A DNA stretch of 64,000 nucleotides from Myxococcota bacterium (GCA_963674735.2 CAXXQS010000001.1:2144001-2208000); one strand, 5' to 3'. Positions 19,843 to 31,390 are shown, numbered from the stretch's first letter. Numbers and translations: made by a program. Notes: a model not told the origin generated them from the letters alone.

Positions 19843-21345
19843 TCAAGGCGTCGGCAACACAATCGGCATTCCCATGAGCGGCCAGATCAGCCACACAAAC
19901 AAAGCTAGAACGACCATCAGCAGCAATGAAACCGGTAAACCGGTGAGGAAAAACTCGCCGGAGGTAAACTGCTTGCTCCCGTAAGCAATGGCATTGGGCG
20001 CAGCACCGACCAGCAGTAAAAACGGCATACCCGCCGTCACCAGCGAGGCATAGACCACCACATCGGGTGCGACTCCCAAGTAAGGTGCGACAACCAGCGC
20101 CACTGGCATCGTCGCGGCAATGGCCGCTACGTTCATGATAAAATTCGTTAGCAGCATCACTAAGAAAGCCACGCTGAGCACAAACACGAACCAACTATAG
20201 CTCTGGAAAAGCGTCAGCCAATGCACCGCCATCCAGTTAGCTGCACCGGTCTGCCACAGGCAAAACCCGATGCTCATCGCCCCACCGAACAGCAGAATGA
20301 TGTTCCAGGGAATGCTTTCGAGATCCTTCAACGTGAGAATATTGAAGGCGAAAAAGAGCACGGTGGCAGCCAGAATAATGGCGCTTTTGTTGACGGGAGC
20401 TAACACGGGCACAAACGAGCGCAGCGAAAGCAGCAGGATAACGCCTGAAACCAGCAGCAATGCGATCACTTCCTGACTGGTGATGCGTCCCAATTGCGTA
20501 TAGAGTTTCTGGGCGCGTTCGCGCAAACCGGGAATCGTGCTCTTCTCGGGGCGATACCACAGCATGAAATAGACCCACAAAAGCAGGGTCATCGCAACAC
20601 CGACCGGAGCCATATAGTAGGACAACTCGAAGAAGCTGATCTCCTGGCCGGTCAACTCTCGGAAGAAACCGATAGCCACCGCACCGCGAGCGGCGCCGAG
20701 CAGGGTGATGATCGATCCCGCACCAGCGACGTAGGCCATCCCCATAAATAGTCCTTTTCCGAATCTGGATGGCTTGCCCGTTTCGTCGTACAGGGCGTAG
20801 ATGGTGGTCAGTAGAGGGAAAATCGTGGCCGCCACGGCGGTATGCGCCATAACCAGAGTCAGACACATGGTCAACAGAAAAGCCCCGAGATAGATCATGG
20901 ACGTTCGTTCACCCACGACGGAAAGCATTTTATAGGCCATGCGGCGGGTCAACCCGGTTTTGGTGAAAACGATCCCGATCACCAGGGAACCAAAAATGAA
21001 CCAGACGGAGGGGTCCATGAAATCGGTGAGCGCCACACGCGGTTCCCGAATGATGAAGAGCGCCTGAAAAACGCCGATGGCGATGGAAGTAACACCGATG
21101 GGCAGCACCTCGAAAATCCACCAAGTGGAGGCCAGAAGGAACAGGCCCAGCGCCAATTGTCCTTCACGCGTGAGGGGAAAGGCTTGCCCCTTGGGATCGA
21201 TGGCCGATTCGGGCGAAGGCAGGAAATAAGTCAAAGCAAAAAAAGCCAAACCGAGAAAGAAAAAAAGGAGTCGCTGCTTGTTGATGGGACCGTAAGGAAG
21301 CAACCACCCGAAGAATCCGGGACGAGCCTGAACCGTCTGCGCCAT
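19843..21345 (-). CDS. SLC13/DASS-family anion:sodium symporter
   Basis: WWIFEVLPIG, IPWNIILLFGG, PFLLLVGAAPNAIAY; RBS GGAG before ATG 21345 (the ORF extends to 21411). Confidence 0.92.
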   Translation of the reverse strand: MAQTVQARPGFFGWLLPYGPINKQRLLFFFLGLAFFALTYFLPSPESAIDPKGQAFPLTREGQLALGLFLLASTWWIFEVLPIGVTSIAIGVFQALFIIREPRVALTDFMDPSVWFIFGSLVIGIVFTKTGLTRRMAYKMLSVVGERTSMIYLGAFLLTMCLTLVMAHTAVAATIFPLLTTIYALYDETGKPSRFGKGLFMGMAYVAGAGSIITLLGAARGAVAIGFFRELTGQEISFFELSYYMAPVGVAMTLLLWVYFMLWYRPEKSTIPGLRERAQKLYTQLGRITSQEVIALLLVSGVILLLSLRSFVPVLAPVNKSAIILAATVLFFAFNILTLKDLESIPWNIILLFGGAMSIGFCLWQTGAANWMAVHWLTLFQSYSWFVFVLSVAFLVMLLTNFIMNVAAIAATMPVALVVAPYLGVAPDVVVYASLVTAGMPFLLLVGAAPNAIAYGSKQFTSGEFFLTGLPVSLLLMVVLALFVWLIWPLMGMPIVLPTP

Positions 21346-21511
21346 TTCGTCACTCCCTGTTTCAATCTCCGGCCAGCTTTGCGCATTTTGCGCATCGAAC
21401 TCAGCTTGCAAGGGACGTGGAAGAAGATTCGCCCCCTTGTAAATGCATGATAAAACAGGGTTTTGTCAAGATTTTTCCGAGTCTTTTCAGGTTGGGACCA
21501 ACAGACGTAAA

Positions 21512-21560
21512 TAAAAAAATCCTCCGAAGATGCAAATGACATTCTTCGGAGGATGAAAAA
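21512..21560 (-). terminator. Intrinsic terminator
   Basis: ATCCTCCGAAGA/TCTTCGGAGGAT stem with an A-run on the plus strand (T-run on minus). Confidence 0.75.
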
Positions 21561-21614
21561 CCAGTAACAGACCGGACAAATCGCAAATAGAATCGCGGGA
21601 TACGACCGCCCAAA

Positions 21615-23327
21615 TCAATCCAAGGCGGATAGAAAACCCTCCAACTCGACAACATCGAAACTATCCGTGTCCACGGTCACTAGGCGATCAGGATTATCTC
21701 CATCCTGGAAAATCAGCATCTGCGGTTCGTCATCGGTCGCGGGCAGCGATCGAATTTCTTCCTCGACATTCGACAGCTCGACGTGGCTTACCGCCCGTTC
21801 CGAGTCGAAGAGATCGATTCCGTAAAGATCGCAAATACGTTCCTCGGGCTCTTCCTCATCCAACCAATAGCAGTATCCCGTCATGTACAATTTTCCCGCT
21901 GCCAGATCGGGCGAATCATCGGCCACATCCAATTCGATGCGCTGAACCGAGGCACTGAGATCGTCTTCCGTTAAGGCTTCGAGATCGATAGCCGCCAGGC
22001 GTGTGGGGCGCTGATCCAGACAAAGCGCACGCCAGGACTCGTCGGTATCCAACACGATGCGATCGGCGCTGAAGCCGATTACGGCCTCCGTCACATTTTT
22101 CGCTCCGAACACCGCCAGATCCTGCAGTTTCACGACAGCCAAGGCGTCGCTACCATCCAAAAGCGCATACTCGGCCCGACCCTCGCGTTCCAGAAGTCGA
22201 ATTCGGCGGAGGTTGCCCTCGACCGCCAACCGCGAGACCCGAGCGCTGTCCACATGGACGCTCGCCAACTCACCCCAGCCAAGCGCCAACAGATAAAGCT
22301 CGCCCCGATCGACATACGGCACGCTGTCGTAAGGAACCAGCGGCAACGGAAATTTGTTGATCGCGAAACTCAGAGCCTCGTTGTCATCATCCCAAACCAT
22401 GTTGAGCGCCAGCACGTCGGAACCCAGATTCAAGTTCACGAAAAGAATCTCGCGGTCGTCCGTCCCTTCTTCCGGCTCGGCCATGTTGGCACTGATGCGC
22501 AAGCCCGTGATCCCAACACGCGAGGACGATTCCAGGCTCAGCGGAACCACGTTCACGTGGGCTTCCGCCTGATCCGCCGGATTGAACAACCACAGACGCC
22601 CGACGCCCGCCGCCACGATCAACTCCATCGAGCGCGCATCCGCATCCGCGCATAGATCCCCGGTGGTGCACAGGCGGAAAGTGCCGCTGAAGCGAATGGA
22701 ATCAATGCGGACGTCGTTTTGCGGCAAATCCAGCGTAAATGTTTCGCCGGCTTCGCGATCCACCACCAACAAGCGATGTTCGTTTTGCAGAATGGACGGC
22801 GACTCCGGAAAGTCGAAAGAATCCAATGATCGGTTGATGCCCGAATCGAACGGCTCCGCCTCCCTATCCTGGATATTGGAATCCGCATTGACGTAAAAGA
22901 CCAGCCAGCGACCATCGGGGGAGAACGAGGCGGCGTTGATGAGCGGCGACACATCCGGGATACTCAGCACTAACTCGCCCGCTTCGTCCGAAACGATGTG
23001 GAAGGTATTGATGTCTTGGGCCGCATACACGACATGGCTGCCGTCCGGATATACCAGCACCTGCCGCCAGCCTGCGACAATGTCTTCTTCCTTCTCCGCA
23101 CCGGGTAGATGCACAATCTGTGCTTTTTTATCGGGTTGACGCGGATCGACCAGCGCTACCTGGCCCGTTTCTGTCTCAACGTAAGCTAGATGCGTGTTCA
23201 AAAAGGTCGGTCCTCGCCAATCGTTTTTTTCCGACTCGGGACAACCCGCCAACGGGATCACCATCAAGCCGAGAAGCAAAACGGTCCAAAAGCGAGCGTA
23301 ACGGATGTTGTTTTTCATCGTTTTCAT
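21615..23327 (-). CDS. Lipoprotein, probable beta-propeller
   Basis: Lipobox LAGC; SFSPDGRWLVF-type blade motif; 12 bp from the upstream gene. Confidence 0.7.
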   Translation of the reverse strand: MKTMKNNIRYARFWTVLLLGLMVIPLAGCPESEKNDWRGPTFLNTHLAYVETETGQVALVDPRQPDKKAQIVHLPGAEKEEDIVAGWRQVLVYPDGSHVVYAAQDINTFHIVSDEAGELVLSIPDVSPLINAASFSPDGRWLVFYVNADSNIQDREAEPFDSGINRSLDSFDFPESPSILQNEHRLLVVDREAGETFTLDLPQNDVRIDSIRFSGTFRLCTTGDLCADADARSMELIVAAGVGRLWLFNPADQAEAHVNVVPLSLESSSRVGITGLRISANMAEPEEGTDDREILFVNLNLGSDVLALNMVWDDDNEALSFAINKFPLPLVPYDSVPYVDRGELYLLALGWGELASVHVDSARVSRLAVEGNLRRIRLLEREGRAEYALLDGSDALAVVKLQDLAVFGAKNVTEAVIGFSADRIVLDTDESWRALCLDQRPTRLAAIDLEALTEDDLSASVQRIELDVADDSPDLAAGKLYMTGYCYWLDEEEPEERICDLYGIDLFDSERAVSHVELSNVEEEIRSLPATDDEPQMLIFQDGDNPDRLVTVDTDSFDVVELEGFLSALD

Positions 23328-23339
23328 TTCCCCCTCCCC

Positions 23340-25016
23340 TCAGTCTATCTGGCCGTTAAGCTCGAATCCGGTAATCGTCACCGGTTCATCCGTGACGGTG
23401 TCGATGAACGTGATACGCCCATCCGGATGATCCTGAGCCACATACATGCGCCTCCCATCGGCCATGAGCCCGAGACTGGTGGGAGTCGAACTGAGATCCA
23501 TTTCGATAATACGCGCCCCACCGGCGGCCTTGAGGTCCATGATATGCACCTGGCGCGTGCCCGATCCCGCAACCGAAAGGTATCCCTTCGCTCCGTCACC
23601 GGTAAACGTGAATGCAGCCGGGTGAGCGTCGGTCAATTGCAGGACCGTCATGCCGGTCGCCAGATCGAGAACGGAATAACCATAGGAACGATCGATGGTG
23701 TCGTAGTAGTCGTCCTCGTAGTATGCATCCCCTTGATTTTTCTTATGCAAAACCAACAGGCGCAACACGCCGTCGCTGTCGGGTGGAGCAAAAGACAACG
23801 CCTGGGTGCGCTTGATCAGGTTGTGGGAATTCAGGCTTTCGTCATCGAGGCTGAAGATCCACACGTTACGGGTATTATTCAAGGTTGAATACAGCGCAAT
23901 CGTATTGTTGTCGGCGGCGGGTTCGGCCACGCCGATACCCTCGGGAATATCATAGAGATCGACCGCCTCGGCATCGGCAAAACCACCGGGAATGGATACG
24001 ACCAGCAGTTGATGCGTTTCACGCAGGGTGATGATCGCCCGACTGTCGTCGGGGAGCAAGTCGAGGTCGGTGGGAGGCGCGTCCAGTTCGAGTACCGCCA
24101 CCTCGCCGTTTTCGAAATCCACCATCCGCAGTTCGGCGGTTTCGATGCGCCGCACCAGGGCATACCGACCATCGGCGGTCACAAGCACTTCCCGATCGAG
24201 CGACGGCCCGGAAACCGCTTCAAGGGGGATATTCGGCGTCACTTCGGGGCTGTCCGGGTTGCCGAGATCGATAATGGTCGCCCCTTGATCGGTAATGACG
24301 AAAGCCTTCGATCCGTCGTTTTTCCAATGAACCGCCGTTGGATTAAGGCCGACGGTCAGCGGAAGGATCGGTGAATCAAGCTCGTCCAGGTCCGACGGAT
24401 CGCGCATGTCCACCAAACCGACGGATTGCAGGCTGCCGTATGCGGATGACGCATTCCCGGCCAGTTGACTGTTGAAATAAACGATGGCAAAAAGCCCGTT
24501 GGGCGCACAGGAAATCATGTTATAGCCCGCCGTTTTATCCGGATCGAGCGCCCAACTTGCCGTGCGGTCTTCATCCGGCTGCGCCATCACCAGACGGTCG
24601 GATGTTCGGTCGATGATCAGGGCGGTATTGGTTTCGGGTAACACCTGAATCGCGATCGGATCGCTTCCGGTGGACAGCGTGTGAATCACGAGCGTATCCG
24701 AGGCAATCGCGACCAGGTTTCCGGTCGCCGGATTGATCACGAAGAGGTAGTCATTGCTCGTCACCGGACGACTCACGTCGATCTCGATTTCCTGCTCGGG
24801 GGTATAGGGATCGTCTCCATCGGGATCGTCGCCGTCGGGATCGTCGCCGTCGGGATCGTCACCATCGGGGCTATCCCCATCCATTGGGGCGTCGCCATCA
24901 ACCGAATTGTCCCCCGACATCGATTCAGCGCTATCACTCCCACAAGCGACCGCCATCGCGAGAACCGACACTATCATCAGCCCACTCAAGAAAAACTCCC
25001 GCTTCATCCATCGCAT
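23340..25016 (-). CDS. YncE/YVTN-like beta-propeller lipoprotein with DGD tether
   Basis: GGAGGAGG RBS; lipobox AVAC; blade motifs TGSDPIAI, VGLNPTAV, TADGRYALV, MADGRRMYV. Confidence 0.8.
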   Translation of the reverse strand: MRWMKREFFLSGLMIVSVLAMAVACGSDSAESMSGDNSVDGDAPMDGDSPDGDDPDGDDPDGDDPDGDDPYTPEQEIEIDVSRPVTSNDYLFVINPATGNLVAIASDTLVIHTLSTGSDPIAIQVLPETNTALIIDRTSDRLVMAQPDEDRTASWALDPDKTAGYNMISCAPNGLFAIVYFNSQLAGNASSAYGSLQSVGLVDMRDPSDLDELDSPILPLTVGLNPTAVHWKNDGSKAFVITDQGATIIDLGNPDSPEVTPNIPLEAVSGPSLDREVLVTADGRYALVRRIETAELRMVDFENGEVAVLELDAPPTDLDLLPDDSRAIITLRETHQLLVVSIPGGFADAEAVDLYDIPEGIGVAEPAADNNTIALYSTLNNTRNVWIFSLDDESLNSHNLIKRTQALSFAPPDSDGVLRLLVLHKKNQGDAYYEDDYYDTIDRSYGYSVLDLATGMTVLQLTDAHPAAFTFTGDGAKGYLSVAGSGTRQVHIMDLKAAGGARIIEMDLSSTPTSLGLMADGRRMYVAQDHPDGRITFIDTVTDEPVTITGFELNGQID

Positions 25017-25333
25017 GCGCCACCTCCTCCCATTGTCACCGGTCTTTGATATAGACAGACCGTTTCCAATGCAATTAACGCACCAGCCGCGACATGCCGT
25101 GATTATACACAGTATTATCATCGTTCTACAGCATTTCCCCCGCAGGCAACCACGACAAATATGTCATACAACCCGTCGGTCGGATTTTTTTGTCAGAGTT
25201 TTATGGGATTCCCTGGGCATCACGCAAAGGACTGTTTTCTCGATTGGAAAACAGAATTTACCAGATCCATTTATGGAGATCCTGCATCGCGAGTTAAGCC
25301 CAGGTTGCGGGCTGTCCGGATTCTCCGTCTCAC

Positions 25334-25705
25334 TCACTCGCTTTCCGGCATACTGCGCGTGGCAACAACGTCCACGCCTTCACCCAACGCATCGGCCAGA
25401 ATTACATCACCCATTTTCACAGGAGCATCGAGTGTCAATTTGTGCAATTCCTTGCATAGCTCCACCACCCGCCCCTTGGGGATGGGTGCAACGGTCTTGA
25501 CCGGCAGCTTTGGCCATAGTCCTCCCCGAGTTCGTAGTGTAGTGGTGACCATGCGGCGCGGATCGGTGTGCTCCTGCTCGGCAAAGGTCTTGCCACGCTT
25601 GCATCCCTGTCCACGTATTTCCACGATCTGCGTCCCGTCTTCCTCGACTTCCAGCCGACATCCGAGTGGACAGCCGATGCAGAGATAATTTGTCAACTCC
25701 GCCAT
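25334..25705 (-). CDS. DUF1667-family small Cys-motif protein
   Basis: CIGCPLGC..GQGCKRG..DPRRMVTTT..LPVKT. Confidence 0.9.
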   Translation of the reverse strand: MAELTNYLCIGCPLGCRLEVEEDGTQIVEIRGQGCKRGKTFAEQEHTDPRRMVTTTLRTRGGLWPKLPVKTVAPIPKGRVVELCKELHKLTLDAPVKMGDVILADALGEGVDVVATRSMPESE

Positions 25706-25706
25706 A

Positions 25707-26978
25707 TCAGGCCTCCCCTCTGGGTAAAATATCGATACGCAGTTGATCGCCGTGAAAGGCTTCCAGAAATTCCGGTTTAACTTTCAAGCTGACCATTTCG
25801 GCCGGGAAGGCATAGCGCAGTTTCTTCTCGTAAGCGTCACCCAGCTTGATCACACATTTCTCGAACGGCTTACGCACGCGCATATATACCGTGTGCGTCC
25901 GCTCGGTGGAAAGCGTATGCGGCACGCAATACGCCACGTTATCCCCCGGTATCAGGCGGATATTGTCGGGCGCGCGCCGGACCCCGGTGGCGAAATAGCC
26001 CGCGTTTTCACCGGCTAAAATAGACTCTTGAGATACGAAGTCGACCAAATCATGAATGTGCACCACGTTGCCGCAGGCGAAAATGCCATCCATGCTGGTT
26101 TCCATAGCACTGGTCACCACCGGACCGCTGGTCGTCGGATCGAGCCGAAGGTTCAAACTACGACTCAGTTCGTTTTCAGGAATCAAGCCGATCGAAAGCA
26201 AAGCCGTATCGCACTCGATATCCCAGGCTTTATCCACAATGGGTCGCAGTCGCTCGTCCACCGGTGCAACGGTCACCCCTTCGAGGCGATCGCGTCCACG
26301 CACTTCGGCCACACTGGTGGATAAATGCAGCGGAATGTCGAAATCGTGCAAACACTGAACAACATTGCGATTTAGCCCATTCGAATAGGGCATAATCTCG
26401 AACACGCCCTTGACCTCCACCCCTTCGAGCGTCAGACGCCGCGCCATAATCAAGCCGATATCGCCGGACCCGAGAATGATCACCCGGCGGCCCGGCAATA
26501 CTCCCATCATGTTGACAAACTTCTGTGCCAGTCCGGCAGTCAGCACCCCCGCCGGTCGCGTGCCGGGAATACGAATCGCCCCGCGCGTGCGTTCTCGCGC
26601 CCCCATGGCCAACACCACCGCGCGGGTTTTCACCACGCGCAAACCGTGATTCGGACTCATCAACTTGACGTTGAGATCCTTGTCGATATCGAGAACGTAT
26701 GTCTCGCTCACCACATCCACCCCTTCTTCCAGTACGTTCGCCAGAAAGCGCTCGGCGTACTCGGGACCGGTGAGTTCTTCTTTAAAGTAATGCAGGCCAA
26801 AGCCCGGATGAATACACTGAAGCAGAATGCCTCCCGCCTCTTGCTCGCGATCGGTAATGAGGATGCGCTCGGCTCCGGCGCGACGTGCCCCCAAAGCCGC
26901 CGCCATCCCGGCCGGTCCACCGCCCACCACCACGATATCGTAGTTATCCCGGATCTGCGTCAGCTTGGCATCAATCAT
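25707..26978 (-). CDS. FAD/NAD(P) pyridine-nucleotide-disulfide oxidoreductase (partner of the G3PDH-like enzyme)
   Basis: [47 protein letters not shown]; start MIDAK overlaps the upstream stop. Confidence 0.9.
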   Translation of the reverse strand: MIDAKLTQIRDNYDIVVVGGGPAGMAAALGARRAGAERILITDREQEAGGILLQCIHPGFGLHYFKEELTGPEYAERFLANVLEEGVDVVSETYVLDIDKDLNVKLMSPNHGLRVVKTRAVVLAMGARERTRGAIRIPGTRPAGVLTAGLAQKFVNMMGVLPGRRVIILGSGDIGLIMARRLTLEGVEVKGVFEIMPYSNGLNRNVVQCLHDFDIPLHLSTSVAEVRGRDRLEGVTVAPVDERLRPIVDKAWDIECDTALLSIGLIPENELSRSLNLRLDPTTSGPVVTSAMETSMDGIFACGNVVHIHDLVDFVSQESILAGENAGYFATGVRRAPDNIRLIPGDNVAYCVPHTLSTERTHTVYMRVRKPFEKCVIKLGDAYEKKLRYAFPAEMVSLKVKPEFLEAFHGDQLRIDILPRGEA

Positions 26979-28410
26979 GGGCCACCTCCTGCCCCTCGGG
27001 ACAAATGATCCACGATCCGCCACCGCGCTTGGTGATATCGTAAATGGAGACACCCAGTTCCTTCGCCAGCAATTCCATACAGCGCCAGGAGCAGAACCCG
27101 CCTTGACAGCGTCCCATTCCCGCGCGCACGCGGAACTTGATACCATCGAGGGTGCGCGCCCCGGCGTGAATAGCATCGACGATCTCGCGTTCGGTGATAC
27201 CCTCGCACCGGCAGACCATCCGCCCGTAACGCGGATCCTCCTCCACTAACTCGGTCTGGCGTTCGGTGGGCAGCTGGGCGAAATGCACCGGATGCGGAAT
27301 CGACGGCTTGAAGTCGTCTTTCTCGATCAAGTTCAGACCTTCGTCTTGCAGAATATTCGCGACCATTACGGCAATGGCCGGAGCCGACGTAAGTCCCGGC
27401 GATTGGATACCCGCTACGTTGATGAAACCTTTCAATCCCGTGGGACCGATGATGAAATCTTCCGAAGCAGCCACCGCCCGCATCCCGGCAAATTGGGCGA
27501 TACAATCGCGTTCGCTGATGCCCGGCACCACGTCACGCACCTTCCCGAACACCTCGTCCGAACCGGCCAAAGTGGTGGTAACAGCTTCCTTATTTTCCAT
27601 CTCGTGGGCGGTCGGGCCCACCATCAGCGTGCCGTCGAAAGTGGGGATAACCAGAATGCCCTTGGACGTCGGCGTGGGGCAGGGAAAAATAATGCGCTTA
27701 ACCAGCCCTTTGAGACGTTTATCCAGAAGGTATTCTTCACCTTTACGCGGTGTGATGACAAAGTCGCCCTGCCCCGCAAGAGCCGCGACATGGTCGGAAT
27801 AGATACCGGCCGCATTGATCACAAAGCGTGTGCGGATCAGCTGATGCGTCGTCTTAACCGTCAGGCCGTCACCATGTTGTCCAATGCCGACAACGGGATT
27901 TTCAACCAATAGTTCCACCCCATTGATACGGGCGCTCTCAATCAGAGCGAAACAGGCTTCATAAGGATTGACGACCCCACTTGTCGGGGCATGCAACGCA
28001 GCCACAGCCTTCTCACTCAGATTGGGTTCTTCGCGCCGCAACCTTTCACGCTCCCAGATCTCCAACCCCGGTACGCCTTTTTGCGTTCCGTTGGCCAAGA
28101 GTTTGTCCAGCACCGGGCGTTGATCGTCGGCCATGGCCACCGTCAATTCGCCCACGCGCTTGAAACCGAATCCCAAATCCGCGCACAGGCCGTCCCACAT
28201 TTGGTTGCCTTCCCACTCAAGCCGCCCTTTCAGCGTAGACGACGCCGCATGGTGACCACCGTGGATGATACCGCTGTTGGTCTTGCTCGTGCCGAAACCG
28301 ACCTCGCAATCCTTCTCCACCAGAACGACCCGCAGTCGGTAGCGTGACAGTTCACGAGCGATGGCACAACCAATCACCCCACCCCCGACAATCACCACGT
28401 CATAGCGCAT
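26971..28410 (-). CDS. Glycerol-3-phosphate dehydrogenase-like FAD oxidoreductase with C-terminal BFD-like [2Fe-2S] domain
   Basis: [48 protein letters not shown]. Confidence 0.9.
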   Translation of the reverse strand: MRYDVVIVGGGVIGCAIARELSRYRLRVVLVEKDCEVGFGTSKTNSGIIHGGHHAASSTLKGRLEWEGNQMWDGLCADLGFGFKRVGELTVAMADDQRPVLDKLLANGTQKGVPGLEIWERERLRREEPNLSEKAVAALHAPTSGVVNPYEACFALIESARINGVELLVENPVVGIGQHGDGLTVKTTHQLIRTRFVINAAGIYSDHVAALAGQGDFVITPRKGEEYLLDKRLKGLVKRIIFPCPTPTSKGILVIPTFDGTLMVGPTAHEMENKEAVTTTLAGSDEVFGKVRDVVPGISERDCIAQFAGMRAVAASEDFIIGPTGLKGFINVAGIQSPGLTSAPAIAVMVANILQDEGLNLIEKDDFKPSIPHPVHFAQLPTERQTELVEEDPRYGRMVCRCEGITEREIVDAIHAGARTLDGIKFRVRAGMGRCQGGFCSWRCMELLAKELGVSIYDITKRGGGSWIICPEGQEVAHD

Positions 28411-28477
28411 GGTGCATCCTTTCGAAATTGTTTTATACCTCCACTCTTATATTATCTTTCATGCTCGGTCAAGAAGC

Positions 28478-28504
28478 AAAACGGCGATGGAAAACCACCG
28501 CCGC
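28478..28504 (-). terminator. Terminator-like hairpin, copy 1 of a near-identical pair
   Basis: AAAACGGCGATGGAAAACCACCGCCGC. Confidence 0.6.
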
Positions 28505-28595
28505 ACATGACAAGTGAAAACGGCAAGCACACACGACTTTGCCTACGTAGTTAAGGAGAATGTCGGAAACGGACTGCAATTAAGGATTATGATTC

Positions 28596-29996
28596 TCAGT
28601 AATCCCCGCAAGTCGATCGCTCTTTGCAGGTTGCAAATCGAATCGTGTCGTTGTCATCGTAGAAAGTCATGATTCGTCCGGCCTGTCCCGAGCCGGATGT
28701 GCCGACGATCGCGAGGTTGGACGCAAAATGCCAGGCCGTCTGTGGAATCGAATCCAGCGGAACCGAGTACCAGTCTCCCTGGGTTCTGGATAGAAACAGC
28801 ATCGATAAAGCATTTTTAGCGCTACGATAGGCTACCCATGGATAACGAACACTTGCATTGGGTCCGGTTGCTTCCGTGTGCGTCGTAATGCCGCAGGGGC
28901 CGGGGAAACCGATTTCAAAGGTCCGATCTTCGCTAAACGGCAGGGCGTTGGTCCCGCCGGTGACCCACAAATATGGGGTTTCGTCGTTTTCATCTAAAAA
29001 GCCAACGACACACATCTGGATCGGGGCATTATCGTTTTCGGGATACTGAATCTGGCGGAATGCGAAGAGGTTCTCCATGTTGTCGATGGCGAAGTTACTC
29101 GCCTTGTAACCACGGTTATTGAAACCGTTGAACAACTCCTCAGACTCCCGAAAACGTTGAGTTTCGTAGTCGTATTGATCCCAGACGGAATAGAGGTAGC
29201 GCAGTTGGGAGTTGGCATCGATCAGAATGATGGCACTAGCATCGTAATAGTTCGAACGAAACTTGCCGAAAACAACCTGTTTGGCATTGTTGAAAATATC
29301 CTGACCTTCGGTGATTTCGTCGAAAAGGTTTTCGCGTTTGACCCACCTCTCGGTCCTCTCCGTATCGTAATCCCACATCACGGAATCCGTGATGTGCGGA
29401 TCATCATCATAGATGCTATCCCAACCGTAGGTGTAAGCCAAAACCTGACCGCGAATGCCACCCATACAGCCGTCCACCCAGAGATAGGCATGGTTATAAG
29501 CCCCGATCTGATAGACGTCATTCCCGTCTACATTGACCCACACCATGTTGGTGTCTCCGCCCATTTGCGAAGCTAAAAAGTACAATCGGCCGCAGGCGTC
29601 CGTATCGAAATCCTTGACCTCGTAGTTTACCAGACCGAAATCACTCAAACGCGCGATGGTTTCGGTTCGATCCTGTATTTCATAGTCGTCGGTCATTCCG
29701 GAAAAATGATAGGCGTAGAGAATGGAATCGCTGTTACCGTTGACGAAAGACGCATAGTAGAAAACAGAATCGTTTTTCAACGCGATCTTTTCACCGTAAT
29801 AAGCCAATTCGCCATCTCCCGTCATCGGGGCGATGGACTTGCGGACGAAAGGATCGTCGGGGTTGTCGCCGTCGGGCGTGTCACCGTCATCACGATCATC
29901 ATCGTCGTCTTCCGGTTCATCCTCCCCACCACAGCCGACCACCAGTGACAGCACGAGCAGCAACAGAAATAACAGCTTTAAAACGTTCTTTAGCAT
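28596..29996 (-). CDS. Lipoprotein of unknown function with acidic DGD tether
   Basis: Lipobox VVGC then GGEDEPEDDDDDRDDGDTPDGDNPDD; beta-rich, aromatic-rich body. Confidence 0.75.
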   Translation of the reverse strand: MLKNVLKLLFLLLLVLSLVVGCGGEDEPEDDDDDRDDGDTPDGDNPDDPFVRKSIAPMTGDGELAYYGEKIALKNDSVFYYASFVNGNSDSILYAYHFSGMTDDYEIQDRTETIARLSDFGLVNYEVKDFDTDACGRLYFLASQMGGDTNMVWVNVDGNDVYQIGAYNHAYLWVDGCMGGIRGQVLAYTYGWDSIYDDDPHITDSVMWDYDTERTERWVKRENLFDEITEGQDIFNNAKQVVFGKFRSNYYDASAIILIDANSQLRYLYSVWDQYDYETQRFRESEELFNGFNNRGYKASNFAIDNMENLFAFRQIQYPENDNAPIQMCVVGFLDENDETPYLWVTGGTNALPFSEDRTFEIGFPGPCGITTHTEATGPNASVRYPWVAYRSAKNALSMLFLSRTQGDWYSVPLDSIPQTAWHFASNLAIVGTSGSGQAGRIMTFYDDNDTIRFATCKERSTCGDY

Positions 29997-30082
29997 CGGG
30001 TGTGTCCTCACAGCTGAATTCAACATACGGATAGTTTGATTATCTTATATCTTTTCAAGTTTGTCCAGACGGCCATGCAACG

Positions 30083-30110
30083 AAAAACGGCGGTGGAAAT
30101 CCACCGCCGC
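30083..30110 (-). terminator. Intrinsic terminator of the fadN-thiolase operon, copy 2 of the pair
   Basis: AAAAACGGCGGTGGAAATCCACCGCCGC; perfect stem with a T-run on the minus strand. Confidence 0.75.
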
Positions 30111-30152
30111 TTGTAGGCGTTCGACAAACCGGCGCGCTCACGCCGTGTTGAT

Positions 30153-31340
30153 TTAGTTCTTCGGACGCTCGAACAGACCGGCCGCGCCCATGCCGCCGCC
30201 GATGCACATGGACACCACGCCGAAGCGCGCGTCACGACGCTCCAACTCGTACACGAGCTGGGTGGTCAGTTTGGCACCGGTGCAACCCAAGGGGTGGCCC
30301 AGGGCGATCGCGCCGCCGTTGACGTTGATGCGATCCATCAGATGTTCGATGCCCATCTGACGCACGGAGTAAACGGCCTGGCTGGCGAAGGCTTCATTGA
30401 TCTCGTAGAGATCCACGTCGTCATATTTGATGCCGTAATGTTCCAGTACCTTCGGAATCGCGAAGGCCGGGCCAACACCCATGACTTCCGGATCCACACC
30501 GATAACCTGATAGTCACGGAAATAAGCCATGACCTTCAGGCCACGCTTGTCGGCTTCTTCCTTGCTCATGATCATGACGAACGCAGCCGCGTCATCCATC
30601 TGAGAGGAGTTGGCCGCCGTCACAATGCCGCCCTTGGCGCGGAACACGGGGCGCAGTTTGCCCAACGATTCCATCGAGGACGCGCGCGGACCTTCGTCCG
30701 TATCGTGGATGGCTTCGATTTTTTTGCCGTTCTTCCAGGTCGTGTAGGTGACCGGCACGATCTGCTCTTTGAAGTAACCCTCTTTTTGGGCGTTCAGCGC
30801 GTTGTTCTGGGAACGCAGCGCAAACTTGTCGAGCTCGTCGCGAGTCAGATTGAATTCTTCACCATAACGCTCCACCACGTTCTCCGCGGTGTTACCCATG
30901 GAGCAGTACGCGCCCAAAGCCGGAGAATTCAACGTGGTCTCGTTGCCGCGGATTTTGTTTCCGCCCATGGGGATCATGGACATGGTTTCCACGCCACCGG
31001 CGATAACGATGTCCTGAAAACCGGCGATGACGCGCGTGGCGGCCATGGCGATGGTTTCCAGACCCGAAGAACAGAAACGGTTCACGGTAACGGCCGGAAC
31101 GCTTTCCGGCAGACCCGCATGCAAACCGAGGATACGACCGATATTCATACCCTGCTCAGCCTCAGGCATAGCGCAACCGACAACCAGATCATCGATGTCT
31201 TTGCCGTCAACACCGGTGGTGTCCATTAGACTCTGGATGACCGGCTTCGCCAGGTCTTCAACGCGCATATATTTGAGTACGCCGCGACTGGCTTTACCCA
31301 CCGCCGTCCGCTTAGCGGCTACAATGACAGCCTCTCTCAT
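30153..31340 (-). CDS. fadA: Acetyl-CoA C-acyltransferase (3-ketoacyl-CoA thiolase)
   Basis: [34 protein letters not shown]. Confidence 0.95.
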   Translation of the reverse strand: MREAVIVAAKRTAVGKASRGVLKYMRVEDLAKPVIQSLMDTTGVDGKDIDDLVVGCAMPEAEQGMNIGRILGLHAGLPESVPAVTVNRFCSSGLETIAMAATRVIAGFQDIVIAGGVETMSMIPMGGNKIRGNETTLNSPALGAYCSMGNTAENVVERYGEEFNLTRDELDKFALRSQNNALNAQKEGYFKEQIVPVTYTTWKNGKKIEAIHDTDEGPRASSMESLGKLRPVFRAKGGIVTAANSSQMDDAAAFVMIMSKEEADKRGLKVMAYFRDYQVIGVDPEVMGVGPAFAIPKVLEHYGIKYDDVDLYEINEAFASQAVYSVRQMGIEHLMDRINVNGGAIALGHPLGCTGAKLTTQLVYELERRDARFGVVSMCIGGGMGAAGLFERPKN

Positions 31341-31390
31341 GGTATTCACTCCTTGTTAAAGGTTGTATTCACGTTATTCGTGCATCCGCC

